Below are positions 30,593 through 40,928 of a stretch of 64,000 bases of DNA, piece after piece (position 1 is the first letter of the stretch; every line of letters starts with the position of its first letter). The translations under genes were made by a program, and so were the position numbers. The notes under the pieces are model-generated. The model had not been told where the DNA came from and ran no database searches. It saw nothing but the letters and a program-made list of their open reading frames with translations. Source of the stretch: Candidatus Latescibacterota bacterium (GTDB lineage Bacteria; Latescibacterota; UBA2968; UBA8231); NCBI GenBank assembly GCA_965208105.1, contig OZ242318.1:3904001-3968000 (forward strand), in the 5' to 3' direction.

Positions 30593-30678
30593 GTCAGGTC
30601 ATCGCCCGTTTCACAGCCGATCCACCATCTCGATGACACCCGCATCATTGGCCGGTCCGGAATAACCTGGCAGAATCG

Positions 30679-32649
30679 ATGGCGTCAAGCGAACCGTCCC
30701 CACAAGACCTGACTGCCGGCGACGGATCGCCCCGCATCACCCTCAGGGCGCTCGTCCTCGGGGCGCTCACCATCGCCGTCAGCTTCTATTTCACCATCGC
30801 CGAGATCGCCGGCCGCGGCATGGGGGGATTCGTCGCCTCCCAGTTGCCCATGGTGGCGCTGGCTCCCTTCGTCCTGTGGCTCTTCGCCAATCTCGGGCTG
30901 CAGCGGCTGTGGCCTTCCATCGCCCTGCGCCGCGGCGAACTGCTCACCATCTTCTGCATGCTGTGGGTGGTGGGCACCGTGCCGCTCTACGGCTGGAGCA
31001 GCTACTGGGTCATGTGGCTGGCGGTGCCGGGCTATTTCGCCTCCCCGGAGAACCAGTGGGCGGCGACCTTCTTCGACTTTCTGCCCTGGCACGTGTTCCC
31101 CGAAAGCTCGCCGCGGGTATTGCAGGGGCTGTGGCAGGAGTTGCCCGAAGGGGCCGACATTCCCTGGGAGGCCTGGCTCGGCCTGGCGGGCAACTGGCTG
31201 GGGGTGTCGGTGGCCATGGTGGTCTTCGGCTTCTGCATGGTGGTGCTGCTGCAGCGGCAGTGGGAGGAGGGGGAGAAGCTGACCTTTCCGCTGGCCCAGT
31301 TGCCGCTGGATCTGACCGCGGGATTCGACGGCACCCGGCGCGTCCCGCAGATCTTCCGCAAGCCGCTGTTCTGGATCGGCTTCTTCGCCGTCTTCGGCCC
31401 CGCCCTCTACAACATAGTCACCTATTTCACCCCCGGCCTGCCCCAGTTCGAGCTCTACTGGAAGCGCTATACCTACGACCTGGGACCCGGTTATCCGGAG
31501 TTCTACTTTCGCGTACTGCCCCTGGTGATTGCGGTCACCTACCTCTGTCCTCTCGATATCCTGGGCAGCATGGTGGCCTTCGCGCTCCTGGCCCTGCTGA
31601 AGGGATCGGCAATGCAGCGGGTGGGGTTTTCCCTCGGATCCCAGGGACAGCCCCTGGAGTGGCACCGCATCCTTCACATAGAGAGCTACGGGGCCATGCT
31701 CTTCATCGGTTTGTGGTCGCTGTGGCTCGCCCGCGGCCACCTGCGCCGGGTGTGGCTGCAGGTGCGCCAGGGAGGGGGGGATCCGGGGGAGGTCAGACGC
31801 TACCGCATGGCCCTCATCGGCCTTCTGCTGTCCGGCGCCTACGTGGTGGCATGGCAGATGGGTCTGGGCATGAGCCTGCCTTTGGCCCTGTGCGTGTTCA
31901 TCGTCACTTTCCTGACCTACCTGGTGATCATCAAGCTGATCGCCGCAACCGGATGTGCCTACCTGCTCACCGATTGGGGCCACATGAAGGCGGAGACCTT
32001 CGTGCAGGAGCTGCTCGGCAACGCCAACCTGTCGCCGCGCAACTACGTGGCCTTCAAGGTGTTCTCCGGCCGGGCCTTCTTCGGCAACCTGCGCATCCCG
32101 GCGTTGCCTTCACTGCCTCACATCCTGCGCATCTTCTCCCTGGAGCGGCAGCCGCGCTGGGTGACGGCCATCGTCTTCGTCGCCTTTCCCCTCGGATTCC
32201 TCGTTGCCGTGAGCTCCAATCTCTACCTGGGCTACGGCAGGGGCGAGCTGGTATTCATGGCCAGCGGCACCATCAGCCAGTTTACCCAAACCGCCTCGTT
32301 TCTGAACAACCCCCGGGACCTGGACCTCGACCGCTGGGCAGTCTGGCTCGTGGGCTTTCTGGAGGCGGCCGGGCTGGCGTTATTGCGCGCCCGCTTCCAC
32401 TGGTTTCCCCTGCACCCGGTGGGCCTGGCCTTCCAGTGGACCATCGTCGCCATTATCTACTGGAGTACCTTGATGATCGTCTGGATCGTCAAGTTCCTCC
32501 TCCTGCGCTTCGGCGGCGTGCGCGCCTACCTGGCGGGGAAGCCCTTCTTCTACGGGCTGGGAATCGGCTACGTGGCCGCGGTCATCGTCTCGGTGGCCGT
32601 GGACCTGATCTGGTTTCCCACCGCGGGTCACCTGATTCACGGCTGGTAG
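30679..32649 (+). CDS. Large polytopic membrane protein (DUF6785/DUF6784-like putative transporter)
   Basis: Many TM segments; YFASPENQW, QWEEGEKLTFPL, WFPLHPVG, KPFFYGL motifs. Confidence 0.75.
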   Translation: MASSEPSPQDLTAGDGSPRITLRALVLGALTIAVSFYFTIAEIAGRGMGGFVASQLPMVALAPFVLWLFANLGLQRLWPSIALRRGELLTIFCMLWVVGTVPLYGWSSYWVMWLAVPGYFASPENQWAATFFDFLPWHVFPESSPRVLQGLWQELPEGADIPWEAWLGLAGNWLGVSVAMVVFGFCMVVLLQRQWEEGEKLTFPLAQLPLDLTAGFDGTRRVPQIFRKPLFWIGFFAVFGPALYNIVTYFTPGLPQFELYWKRYTYDLGPGYPEFYFRVLPLVIAVTYLCPLDILGSMVAFALLALLKGSAMQRVGFSLGSQGQPLEWHRILHIESYGAMLFIGLWSLWLARGHLRRVWLQVRQGGGDPGEVRRYRMALIGLLLSGAYVVAWQMGLGMSLPLALCVFIVTFLTYLVIIKLIAATGCAYLLTDWGHMKAETFVQELLGNANLSPRNYVAFKVFSGRAFFGNLRIPALPSLPHILRIFSLERQPRWVTAIVFVAFPLGFLVAVSSNLYLGYGRGELVFMASGTISQFTQTASFLNNPRDLDLDRWAVWLVGFLEAAGLALLRARFHWFPLHPVGLAFQWTIVAIIYWSTLMIVWIVKFLLLRFGGVRAYLAGKPFFYGLGIGYVAAVIVSVAVDLIWFPTAGHLIHGW

Positions 32650-32693
32650 GATAGGAAAGGGTAATTCCGGCTCGGGAGGAGGTCCTGCCTCGG

Positions 32694-34901
32694 CTACTCG
32701 GTCCAGAAGGAGTAGAACTCTGCGTTGCGCAGGTAGAAGCGCAGGCGCACCGTCTGGTTCTTCAGGTGGCTCAGGTCGCCGCCGAAATCCACGGCCATCC
32801 GGGTGTGGTCGCCGTCAATGGGTGCGGACCTGTTCCTGGATTGCCCGGAGCCCCAGAGGTTTCCCGCTTCGTCCAGGATCTCCACCTCCACCTCGCCCTC
32901 GGCGGCGGCAGCGTTGATCCACAGGGTGGAGCCGCGCCATATCAGGGGCCTGGTCAGCAGGACCCCTTCGCCTTCATCGGCGTCGAGGGAGACGAAGCCG
33001 TCCCGGCGCAGCACCGCCAGGCAGATCGCTCCCGCGTCCTCCTCGTAACCGGGCCGGGGAACGAACTCTCCGTGGGGGAAGGTGCCCTCGTAGCGCCAGG
33101 CGCCGCGATACTTGATGCCGGTATAGTAGAACCACAGCTCGTCGCCGCGCACCAGGGCATTGGAAGGGCCGATGAGCTGGGTGAGATCGTAGGCCCCCGA
33201 ATCGCGCCGCGAGGGGCCGATGAAGGGCTGGCGGTCGCCGACGCGCTCCCAATCTTTCAGGTTGCGGCTGACGGCCAGCTGGATCAGGTGGAAGCCCACG
33301 GTGTTGGGGTAGTTGGGCACCGGCGCGACGGCGTGGTAGAGGGCAGGGGTTCCGATGTAGACCGATTCGTAGCGGAAGACCCCCATGTTGTAGGCGTCGA
33401 CGTTGTAGACGCGGGGATCGTTCCAGGGCGGGTGCTGCAGGCTTTCGTCGGCGAATCGCGCGGCGATATTGCGGCGCCCCAGCTCCTGGTCGAGATCGTC
33501 GGCGTGGAAGATCAACTCGGGAATACTCCAGCGCTTGAAATCCTTGCTGGTGGACAGGTAGACGGCGCGTCCGTATGGCCCGCCTTGCTTGACGGTGGCG
33601 ATGTAGAGGTGGTCTTCCAGATCGAGGGAGAAGTTCCATTCGTCCTGGGAGCGAATCTGCGCCCCGACCACCTGCCAGTTGCGGCCGTCGGGAGAGACGG
33701 CCAAACGGCGGGGATGGAAGGCTTTGTAGCGTCTCTCCGGATCGGGGTCGAGCGGATCGAAGAAGACTCCCGCGGGAGCCTCCGCGTCCCGATCGATGAC
33801 CCAGTGCAGACCGTCCACGCTGGTGCGGTAAAGGCCGTCGGTGAAGAGCCAGACCTTGAACACACGGTCCAGCGGATCCCAGAACGGGGCGGCGCGCGTC
33901 TGCAGACTGGTCACACCTGCGGGCCAGTCGGGCCTGATCACCGCCCCTTTTTTCACCGGCTGGTGCATGGTCCGGCGCAGCCGGTTCCTGTCCTCGATGA
34001 CGAAGTCGTCGAGGAAAAGCTGGCGCTGGCCCTCCTTCAGGAACACGACGCCTTCGCGGCGGTCCTCCGCTACGATGAAATCGAGCTGGGTGTCCGCTTC
34101 GACCACGACGCCGGAGAGCTCGAAGGGAACGAGCTTGAAACCGTCGATGACGACGCGATAGGTTCGCCCCCGGGCGATTTTGGCCGCCGCTCCCCGGAGC
34201 CGGGGCATGCCTTCCACCAGTCCGGGGTCGGAAGCTCCGCCAGGATCCGCCCTCATGGGCAAAGGTCGGTTTTCTCCCGCAGCGCCTCTGTCCGGGGTGG
34301 TCGCATGCAGCATCGGAAAAGGCGCCGCGCCGTCGATCAGGACCATCTTTCTGGAGTCGCTGAAGTCGCCCGCCTCGAGGCGGTAGATGTAGACCCCGGA
34401 GGCCAGACTGGCGCCGCTGTCGTCGCGGCCGTCCCACACCGCTGCGTGCGAACCGGCGGTCCTCCAGGCATCGACCAGGGTGCGCACCCGCTGACCTACG
34501 CTGTTGTAGATGTCCAGCCGTACCGGCACGTCCCGGGCAAGCTGGTAGGAGACCACGGTCCCGGGGTTGAAGGGGTTGGGATAGTTCTGGTCCAGCCGGA
34601 AGGCGACGGGCTTGGCGCTCTCGCCTCTTTCCACTCCGGTGGCCGGCTCCAGTTCGATCCTGTAGCGTCCTTCCACATCCGTGGTATCGGAGAAGACCTC
34701 GGGAGGATCGGTCTCGCTGATGAAACTGACAACCGCCCCGCGGATGGGGACCTTCTGCCGGAATGGAGGTCCGGCGATGGCCTCTTCCTTCTGCACCAGG
34801 CCGGTCACTTCCAGGCCGGATGCGGCAACGGCCAAGAAAAGCAGCCAAATTGCCGGCAAAAAACCCACCGGCGCAAACAATCCCTTTGGTCCGGCTGTCA
34901 T
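32694..34901 (-). CDS. Secreted glycosidase-like beta-propeller with N-proximal FlgD/T9SS-CTD-like domain (paralogue 2)
   Basis: Signal peptide; QNYPNPFNP...ASGVYIYRL...RKMVL; then RQLFLDD...LRRDGFVSL...AEFYSFW. Confidence 0.7.
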   Translation of the reverse strand: MTAGPKGLFAPVGFLPAIWLLFLAVAASGLEVTGLVQKEEAIAGPPFRQKVPIRGAVVSFISETDPPEVFSDTTDVEGRYRIELEPATGVERGESAKPVAFRLDQNYPNPFNPGTVVSYQLARDVPVRLDIYNSVGQRVRTLVDAWRTAGSHAAVWDGRDDSGASLASGVYIYRLEAGDFSDSRKMVLIDGAAPFPMLHATTPDRGAAGENRPLPMRADPGGASDPGLVEGMPRLRGAAAKIARGRTYRVVIDGFKLVPFELSGVVVEADTQLDFIVAEDRREGVVFLKEGQRQLFLDDFVIEDRNRLRRTMHQPVKKGAVIRPDWPAGVTSLQTRAAPFWDPLDRVFKVWLFTDGLYRTSVDGLHWVIDRDAEAPAGVFFDPLDPDPERRYKAFHPRRLAVSPDGRNWQVVGAQIRSQDEWNFSLDLEDHLYIATVKQGGPYGRAVYLSTSKDFKRWSIPELIFHADDLDQELGRRNIAARFADESLQHPPWNDPRVYNVDAYNMGVFRYESVYIGTPALYHAVAPVPNYPNTVGFHLIQLAVSRNLKDWERVGDRQPFIGPSRRDSGAYDLTQLIGPSNALVRGDELWFYYTGIKYRGAWRYEGTFPHGEFVPRPGYEEDAGAICLAVLRRDGFVSLDADEGEGVLLTRPLIWRGSTLWINAAAAEGEVEVEILDEAGNLWGSGQSRNRSAPIDGDHTRMAVDFGGDLSHLKNQTVRLRFYLRNAEFYSFWTE

Positions 34902-35321
34902 GAGTGGCCTCTCTCGCTGCAGGTGAGGCTAATCATCCCGAGAATTAGAGGTGCGGCTCAATCCTTGAAACCAGGGCCGGGAAAGCCGGGAGTAATATGG
35001 TCGATCGCACATGGATGATCAACGGGGAAGGGTTTCTTTCATCCTGCTCTCCATTTTGGCCACCCAGGCTCTATTCCAAGGCACTATTGAAATCCCGCGA
35101 CAATGGCCGGGGCCACCCCATTCTGCCTTGATCGCCCTGGAACAGAATGCTATACTTTCGGCCCTGAGAAATCCGCCGAAAGCGATTCCGCCGGCCTGGT
35201 GGTGCCTCTTGCCAAGTGGTATGCACCGCGGCCCTCGCCAATGGTCCGGCCCCTTACCCGGCGCAAGGAAGCGAGACGATTTTTCGCCAGGTTTCAACGG
35301 TGCTGCAGAAAGGAAAATCCA

Positions 35322-36764
35322 ATGCCTCTCGAAATGATTGACCCCAAGAAAAACCGCCAGCTATTCCTCGACGACCACGCAGTGGAGGAGATGAGCAGAA
35401 CGACCCGCACCCTGCATTCTCCGAAGAAATGGGGGCCTCTCATAAACGGGGGGGTTCAGACCAGGATCTGTCCCCAGTGGAACTCGGAGAAGGGACTGTG
35501 GGAGTGGTGGTACTCCGGGGACCATGTCTACTACGCCACCTCGGAGGATGGAGAGCACTGGGAGAAACCCGTCCTGGGGCTGTTCGAATGGAATGGATCG
35601 AAGGACAACAACATTGCCTTCGATCCACAGGACAAAGGTCCGGGAAGGCCGTATCACGTTTTGCGCGACGAAACCGACCCGGACCCGGCCCGCCGCTACA
35701 AGGCGATGCTCGCCACCGACAACCGCCATCCGGCCGTTTCCCCGGACGGATTTCACTGGACCATGGTGGATACCCCTCCCGTTCCCAGCTACGACGAGTC
35801 CCAGTTCACCCACGACCACCAGTCCGGGCAATTCCTCGCCCTGGTGAAGCTGGGCACCGAATGGGGGCGCTCGGTTTGGCTATCCACCAGTTCGGACTTC
35901 AAGGAATTCTCAGAGCCTGAGCTGATCTTCCACACCGACGAGATCGACCGCGAGAACCGCCGCCGCCGGGTCCGGGAGGTCATCGAAAACCCGGCCTATA
36001 TCACTCCTGCCGTCATCGACGACGAGGACTACATCGCCGAGTGCTACAACATGGCGGTCCTGCCCTACCAGGGATTTTACATCGGTTTCCCGACCATCTT
36101 CAATCCCTTCGGCGCCATCCCTGCGCCGGCTACCAACTTCACCCGCATCAACCAGATCGAAATGACGGTCTCGCGCGATCTCCACCATTGGGAGCGCGTC
36201 GCCGACCGCGCCCTGTTCATCGGGATCGAACCTTTCGACGGAGAGAACTACGGTTGCACCCAGTTGCTGATGGCGGGGCATCCCATCGTGCGCGACGACG
36301 GCGAGATCTGGTGTTACTACAATGCCCTGAGGACCCCTTCGAGAATCGAGCAGTACAGGGAGTTCGGCGCCACCGGGGAGCTCTTCAGGCTCAACGCCAA
36401 ACCCGAGCACTTCGAAGATTCCGGCGCCCTGTCCCTGGCCAAGCTGCGCCCTGACGGATTCGTTTCGATCGACGGCGACCGGTGCGGCACCATCCTGACC
36501 AAACCCTTCGAACTCAAGGGCGAGGATGTCTATATCAACGCCAGCGCCGATTGGGGCGAGATTTACGCCGAGATCGTCGATGCGGAAACCAGGAAACCGC
36601 ACGAAGGATTCTGGGTCCCCGGACAGGAGCCGCCGGCCTTCACCGGCGACAGCACCAGGGCGAAGGTCCGGTGGAAACATCCGCACGACCTGGTGTTCGA
36701 AAAGCCGGTGCGCCTCAAGTTCTATCTGCGCCAGGCCCGCCTGTTTTCCTTCTGGATCGAGTAA
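35322..36764 (+). CDS. Glycosidase-like beta-propeller protein (paralogue 3)
   Basis: Long near-identical blocks with 29192-30592 (EPELIFHTDEIDRENRR, NFTRINQIE). Confidence 0.65.
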   Translation: MPLEMIDPKKNRQLFLDDHAVEEMSRTTRTLHSPKKWGPLINGGVQTRICPQWNSEKGLWEWWYSGDHVYYATSEDGEHWEKPVLGLFEWNGSKDNNIAFDPQDKGPGRPYHVLRDETDPDPARRYKAMLATDNRHPAVSPDGFHWTMVDTPPVPSYDESQFTHDHQSGQFLALVKLGTEWGRSVWLSTSSDFKEFSEPELIFHTDEIDRENRRRRVREVIENPAYITPAVIDDEDYIAECYNMAVLPYQGFYIGFPTIFNPFGAIPAPATNFTRINQIEMTVSRDLHHWERVADRALFIGIEPFDGENYGCTQLLMAGHPIVRDDGEIWCYYNALRTPSRIEQYREFGATGELFRLNAKPEHFEDSGALSLAKLRPDGFVSIDGDRCGTILTKPFELKGEDVYINASADWGEIYAEIVDAETRKPHEGFWVPGQEPPAFTGDSTRAKVRWKHPHDLVFEKPVRLKFYLRQARLFSFWIE

Positions 36765-36848
36765 TCCCCGGGGTCTCCCGTACTCGGCCCGTGTCCGGAC
36801 CCGGCACCGGGTTCTCCATGCGGCCTCGCGTATTTCGCTTTCCAGCCG

Positions 36849-38024
36849 CTACTTCGACCCGGCCTGATTCTGACTTTTTGCCGCAGCCCCTGCCCGGAAC
36901 CGTTCCAACACCTCGGCCAGGGCCGTGCAGATGTAGGATACGTCCTCCTCGGTCAATCCACAGAACAAGGGCAGAGTAAGAGTGCGGGACAAAACCTCTT
37001 CGGCAACCGGAAAGCTCCCGGCTTTCCATCCGAATTGGCGGCGGAAATAGGGTTGCAGATGACAGGGGGGCCAGTAGATGCTGCCCCCGATAACGCCGAA
37101 TTCCTCCTGCAATGCGCCCAGGATTTCCTCGCGCCCGCAGCCCGCGGGCAGGAGCAGGGGGAACTTGTAGTAGGCGTGAACCTGGTCGGCAGGAGGAGGA
37201 AACAATCCTATCCCCGGATATCGCCCCAGCTTGTCCAGGTAGAGCCGGGCAAGAGAGTTGCGCTCCCCTATGAACTCGTCGAGGCGCTGCAGCTGCCGCA
37301 GACCCAGGGCGGCACTCAGCTCGGGAAGGCGGTAGTTGGCACCGAGGCGCACCAGTTCCCCGCCGTCTTCGGCAATGCCGTGGCAGCGAAAGCTGCGGGC
37401 GAAAGCCGCCAGTTCGGCGCTGTCGGTGGTGAGCATGCCGCCCTCGCCACAGCTCATCACCTTGGTAGGGTAGAAGGAGAAGCTGGCCGCGTCTCCCAGG
37501 CTTCCGGCTTTGCGCCCCCGCCAGGCCGCTCCGGCGGCATGGGCGGCGTCTTCGAGCAAAAACAGTCCGCGCTTGCGGCAGAATTCCGCGATCCTTTCCA
37601 TGTCCGGCGAGACCAGGCCGGCTATGTGCACTGATACGACCCCGCGGGTTTTCGGCGTGACCTTTTCCCGGAGCTCGTCCATCCCCATGCAGAGGGATTC
37701 AGGATGGATGTCGGCCAGCACCGGGGTCCCGCCGGCCAGGGTCACCGCATTGGCAGAGGCCGCGAAGGTGTTGGTGGGCACGACGACCTCGCGTCCCCGA
37801 ACCTGCCAGTGGCGCATGGCGATCTCCAGTGGCGCCGTCCCCGAGTTGAGTCCAACGGCGTATTTCGTCCCCACGTAGCGGGCAAACTCCGCTTCAAACC
37901 GTTCCAGGTACTCACCCTGGGTCAGCCGGCCGCTGCGCAGGATCGCGGCAAAATCTTCCAGCAGGCAGCCCAGGTCCTCCTCGGGTATCCAGGGTCTGGC
38001 TTTTGGAAGGGATCTATCGTTCAT
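36849..38024 (-). CDS. DegT/DnrJ/EryC1/StrS PLP aminotransferase
   Basis: NSGT, EDAAHA, SFYPTK, GEGG, GANYRL. Confidence 0.9.
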   Translation of the reverse strand: MNDRSLPKARPWIPEEDLGCLLEDFAAILRSGRLTQGEYLERFEAEFARYVGTKYAVGLNSGTAPLEIAMRHWQVRGREVVVPTNTFAASANAVTLAGGTPVLADIHPESLCMGMDELREKVTPKTRGVVSVHIAGLVSPDMERIAEFCRKRGLFLLEDAAHAAGAAWRGRKAGSLGDAASFSFYPTKVMSCGEGGMLTTDSAELAAFARSFRCHGIAEDGGELVRLGANYRLPELSAALGLRQLQRLDEFIGERNSLARLYLDKLGRYPGIGLFPPPADQVHAYYKFPLLLPAGCGREEILGALQEEFGVIGGSIYWPPCHLQPYFRRQFGWKAGSFPVAEEVLSRTLTLPLFCGLTEEDVSYICTALAEVLERFRAGAAAKSQNQAGSK

Positions 38025-38127
38025 AGCCAATGAAATCCTCATCCCATGCCCGGCTTTGACAGGGTATCCTGCCGGGCGTATAATTTGAAAATCCGACGCC
38101 GCGCAAAATTTTTCCTGGCAGAATATC

Positions 38128-39264
38128 ATGGGAACAGCAAAGCGCAATCCGACCCGGCCGGTCGAAATCGGCTCCACCACCATAGGAGACGGGCATCCCA
38201 TTGCCGTTCAGAGCATGGCCGCGACCCGCACCCGTGATATTGCAGCTACGGTGCGCCAGGTCCAGCTTCTGGAGCAAGCCGGCGCCGACATAATCCGCAT
38301 AGCGGTGGACAGCAAGCGCGACGTCGAGGCCCTCGCCCGGATCAGCCGGCATGCCACCGTTCCGCTCAGCGTCGATCTCCAGGAAAACTACCGGCTCGCA
38401 AGCCTGGTGGCTCCCTACGTCCAGAAGATCCGCTACAATCCCGGTCATCTCTACCACCACGAAAAGGACCGTCCGGTGGAGGAAAAGGTCGCCTTCATTG
38501 CCACGGAGGCCGAAAACAACGACTGCGCCATTCGCATCGGAGTGAACTGCGGCTCGGTGGATCCGGAGAAGCGCGACCGGTTCGATCCGGAGGATTCGAT
38601 TTCGCCCATGCTGGCCTCGGCGCTGGAACACTGCGAGATCCTCGACGGACGGGGATTCCAGCGCTACTGCGTATCCCTCAAGGATTCCGACCCCCAAAAG
38701 GTCATCGAAGCCAATTTGCGCTTCGCGGACCAGCGCCCGGACGTGCCTTTGCACCTGGGAGTGACCGAAGCCGGAATGCCGCCCGACGGAGTCATCAAGA
38801 CGCGGATCGCATTCGAGCAGCTCATTTCGCGGGGCATCGGCGATACCATTCGCGTCTCCCTCACCTTGCCCTTCGATGACAAGGGCGAGGAGGTTCACGT
38901 GGGCAGGGAGATTCTCAGGGACATCGAGGCGGGGCGCTTTCGATCCGTTCCCAAATTCTTCGGTACGGGGATGAACATCATCTCCTGCCCTTCCTGCTCC
39001 AGGGTCGAAAACGAGGCCTTCATCGAGTTGGCCCAGAAGGTGCGCGAAGTGACGGCCTACGCCAGCGAGCACTCCATCACCATCGCCGTCATGGGTTGCC
39101 GGGTCAACGGTCCTGGTGAAACCGATGATGCCGACCTGGGATTGTGGTGCGCCCCCAATTTCGTCAATCTGAAAAGAGGACCCGAGCATATAGGGCATTT
39201 TTCCTACGACGAGGTCCTCGGCCGCCTGAAGGAAGAGGTGGACCAGCTGATCTCGTCCCGCTAG
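38128..39264 (+). CDS. ispG: HMBPP synthase (MEP pathway)
   Basis: [45 protein letters not shown]. Confidence 0.95.
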   Translation: MGTAKRNPTRPVEIGSTTIGDGHPIAVQSMAATRTRDIAATVRQVQLLEQAGADIIRIAVDSKRDVEALARISRHATVPLSVDLQENYRLASLVAPYVQKIRYNPGHLYHHEKDRPVEEKVAFIATEAENNDCAIRIGVNCGSVDPEKRDRFDPEDSISPMLASALEHCEILDGRGFQRYCVSLKDSDPQKVIEANLRFADQRPDVPLHLGVTEAGMPPDGVIKTRIAFEQLISRGIGDTIRVSLTLPFDDKGEEVHVGREILRDIEAGRFRSVPKFFGTGMNIISCPSCSRVENEAFIELAQKVREVTAYASEHSITIAVMGCRVNGPGETDDADLGLWCAPNFVNLKRGPEHIGHFSYDEVLGRLKEEVDQLISSR

Positions 39265-39427
39265 CAGCCCGTTGATAAAGTTGCTCTGCAGGCGAGGCCG
39301 AGTCATGGCGGCCGAAGGCAAGGCGTGCGACCGAGGCGAATCGAGGGGCTTCGGGGAGGGAGCGCAACGCCGTATTCGAACGCCAGGTCCGGCCGCAGCC
39401 CGGATGGACTTTTTCAACGGGCTGCTA
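39262..39427. mobile_element. 166-bp MITE (family C)
   Basis: 14-bp TIR TAGCAGCCCGTTGA / TCAACGGGCTGCTA; a partial second copy lies at 60196-60226. Confidence 0.8.
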
Positions 39428-39504
39428 TGTTGCGCCCGCCTCAACCTCGGAAACGGCCGCCAATCCTTCACCACCGGGCTCCGTCCCCGGATAGGTGATT
39501 TTCC

Positions 39505-40566
39505 TCAGGCCACCTCAGCGCACGCCACCGCCTCGGCGTGCGCGTTCCTCAACATTCTCTCGGTGGTTTCCCAGCCTACGCACTCGTCGGTAATGGAGAC
39601 CCCGTACTGCAGGTGCTCCAGATCCTCGGGAATCTTCTGGTTTCCGGGGTTGAGGTTGCTTTCGATCATCACCCCGATCAACGCGTCGTTGCCCGACCTG
39701 CGCTGGTGGACTACGCTTTCGCAAACAGCTTCCTGGAGTTCGTGCTTTTTGCCCGAGTTGGCATGGCTGCAGTCGACCATGAACACGGGGTCGAGGCCGC
39801 CCTGGTGCATCTGCCGCGCCGCCTCCTCGATGCTCTCGGGCTCGTAGTTGGGACCTCTGCCACCCCCGCGCAGCACCACGTGCCTCCAGGGATTGCCGGT
39901 GGTCCTGACTACGCAGGTCCGGCCTTCCTGGTCGATGCCAAGGAAACTGTGCGGATGCCGGGCCGACTCCATGGCGTCGATGGCTACCTGCAGGTTGCCG
40001 TCGGTGCTGTTCTTGAATCCAACGGGCATTGACAAGCCGCTTGCCATCTCCCGGTGAGTCTGGGACTCGGTGGTCCGCGCGCCGATCGCCGCCCAGCAGA
40101 TCAGGTCGGCGGTGTACTGGGGGGTGATCGGGTCCAGCATCTCCGTTGCGGCGGGAAGTCCCATGCCGTTGATCTCGAGCAGGAGCCTGCGGGCGATCTT
40201 CAATCCGTTCGGCATATCCCCGGAACCGTCGAGGTGGGGATCGTAGACCAGGCCCTTCCACCCGATGGTGGTGCGGGGTTTTTCAAAGTAGACGCGCATC
40301 ACAATGCAGAGGCGGTCTTCAAGCTGCGACCTCAGTTCATTCAAGCGGTGAGCATACTCCTGCGCTGCATCCAGATCGTGCAGCGAACAGGGTCCGACGA
40401 TGGCCAACAGCCTCTGGTCCTCCTTGCGCAGGATGCGCTTGATTTCCTCGCGTCCCCTGGTCACCGTCTCGTTGGCGATCTCGGTCATCGGCAACTCTTC
40501 CTTCAATCTGCGGGGTGACAAAAGGGTCTGGGTGGCGCGAATGTTCAGGTCATAGGTTTTTTCCAT
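39505..40566 (-). CDS. Class I (type I-alpha) DAHP synthase, AroF/G/H family
   Basis: [45 protein letters not shown]. Confidence 0.95.
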   Translation of the reverse strand: MEKTYDLNIRATQTLLSPRRLKEELPMTEIANETVTRGREEIKRILRKEDQRLLAIVGPCSLHDLDAAQEYAHRLNELRSQLEDRLCIVMRVYFEKPRTTIGWKGLVYDPHLDGSGDMPNGLKIARRLLLEINGMGLPAATEMLDPITPQYTADLICWAAIGARTTESQTHREMASGLSMPVGFKNSTDGNLQVAIDAMESARHPHSFLGIDQEGRTCVVRTTGNPWRHVVLRGGGRGPNYEPESIEEAARQMHQGGLDPVFMVDCSHANSGKKHELQEAVCESVVHQRRSGNDALIGVMIESNLNPGNQKIPEDLEHLQYGVSITDECVGWETTERMLRNAHAEAVACAEVA

Positions 40567-40593
40567 GGAATGTTCCCCTTTCTGCTGGGCAAT

Positions 40594-40620
40594 AAAAAAG
40601 CCCCTGAATATTCAGGGGCT
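40594..40620 (-). terminator. Attenuator terminator in the DAHP synthase leader
   Basis: Minus strand AGCCCCTGAATATTCAGGGGCT followed by a T-run, about 28 nt before the start codon. Confidence 0.9.
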
Positions 40621-40657
40621 AGAAGCGGAATTGATCAAAGGCGTACGCCGGTACCTT

Positions 40658-40723
40658 CTAACCCCCGGAAAATTTCCAGGTGAAAAAATAAAATGAAAAG
40701 TACCGCGCGGTCCGACAGGTCAT
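40658..40723 (-). CDS. Aromatic amino-acid leader peptide MTCRTARYFSFYFFTWKFSGG
   Basis: 21 codons with 5 Phe, 2 Tyr and 1 Trp clustered; lies between the promoter and the attenuator. Confidence 0.85.
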   Translation of the reverse strand: MTCRTARYFSFYFFTWKFSGG

Positions 40724-40764
40724 GTTCTGCAGCCTCGGTAAAGGCGGGAAAAAATAGAGTTGGA

Positions 40765-40793
40765 ATAATAATTAATCCCATCCACTTCGTCAA
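40765..40793 (-). promoter_or_regulatory. Sigma70 promoter for the leader and DAHP synthase
   Basis: TTGACG-17 bp-TATTAT on the minus strand. Confidence 0.75.
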
Positions 40794-40928
40794 GTAAGCA
40801 AACCAGTTCGAGGGGGCTTCGAGGCTTGTCCGGCTGGAAATTTACCGTTATTTTCCTGCCTCGCCATTTCAAACCGCAATAATGATCCGCAATTCAGAAA
40901 ATGGAAATGCCATCACCAGGAGGAGATC

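Noticed and set aside
30685-35018. Overlapping 400-750 aa ORFs (30876-32654, 32766-35018, 32974-34848)
   Set aside because: Arg/Pro/Gly-rich alternative frames of genes already well supported.
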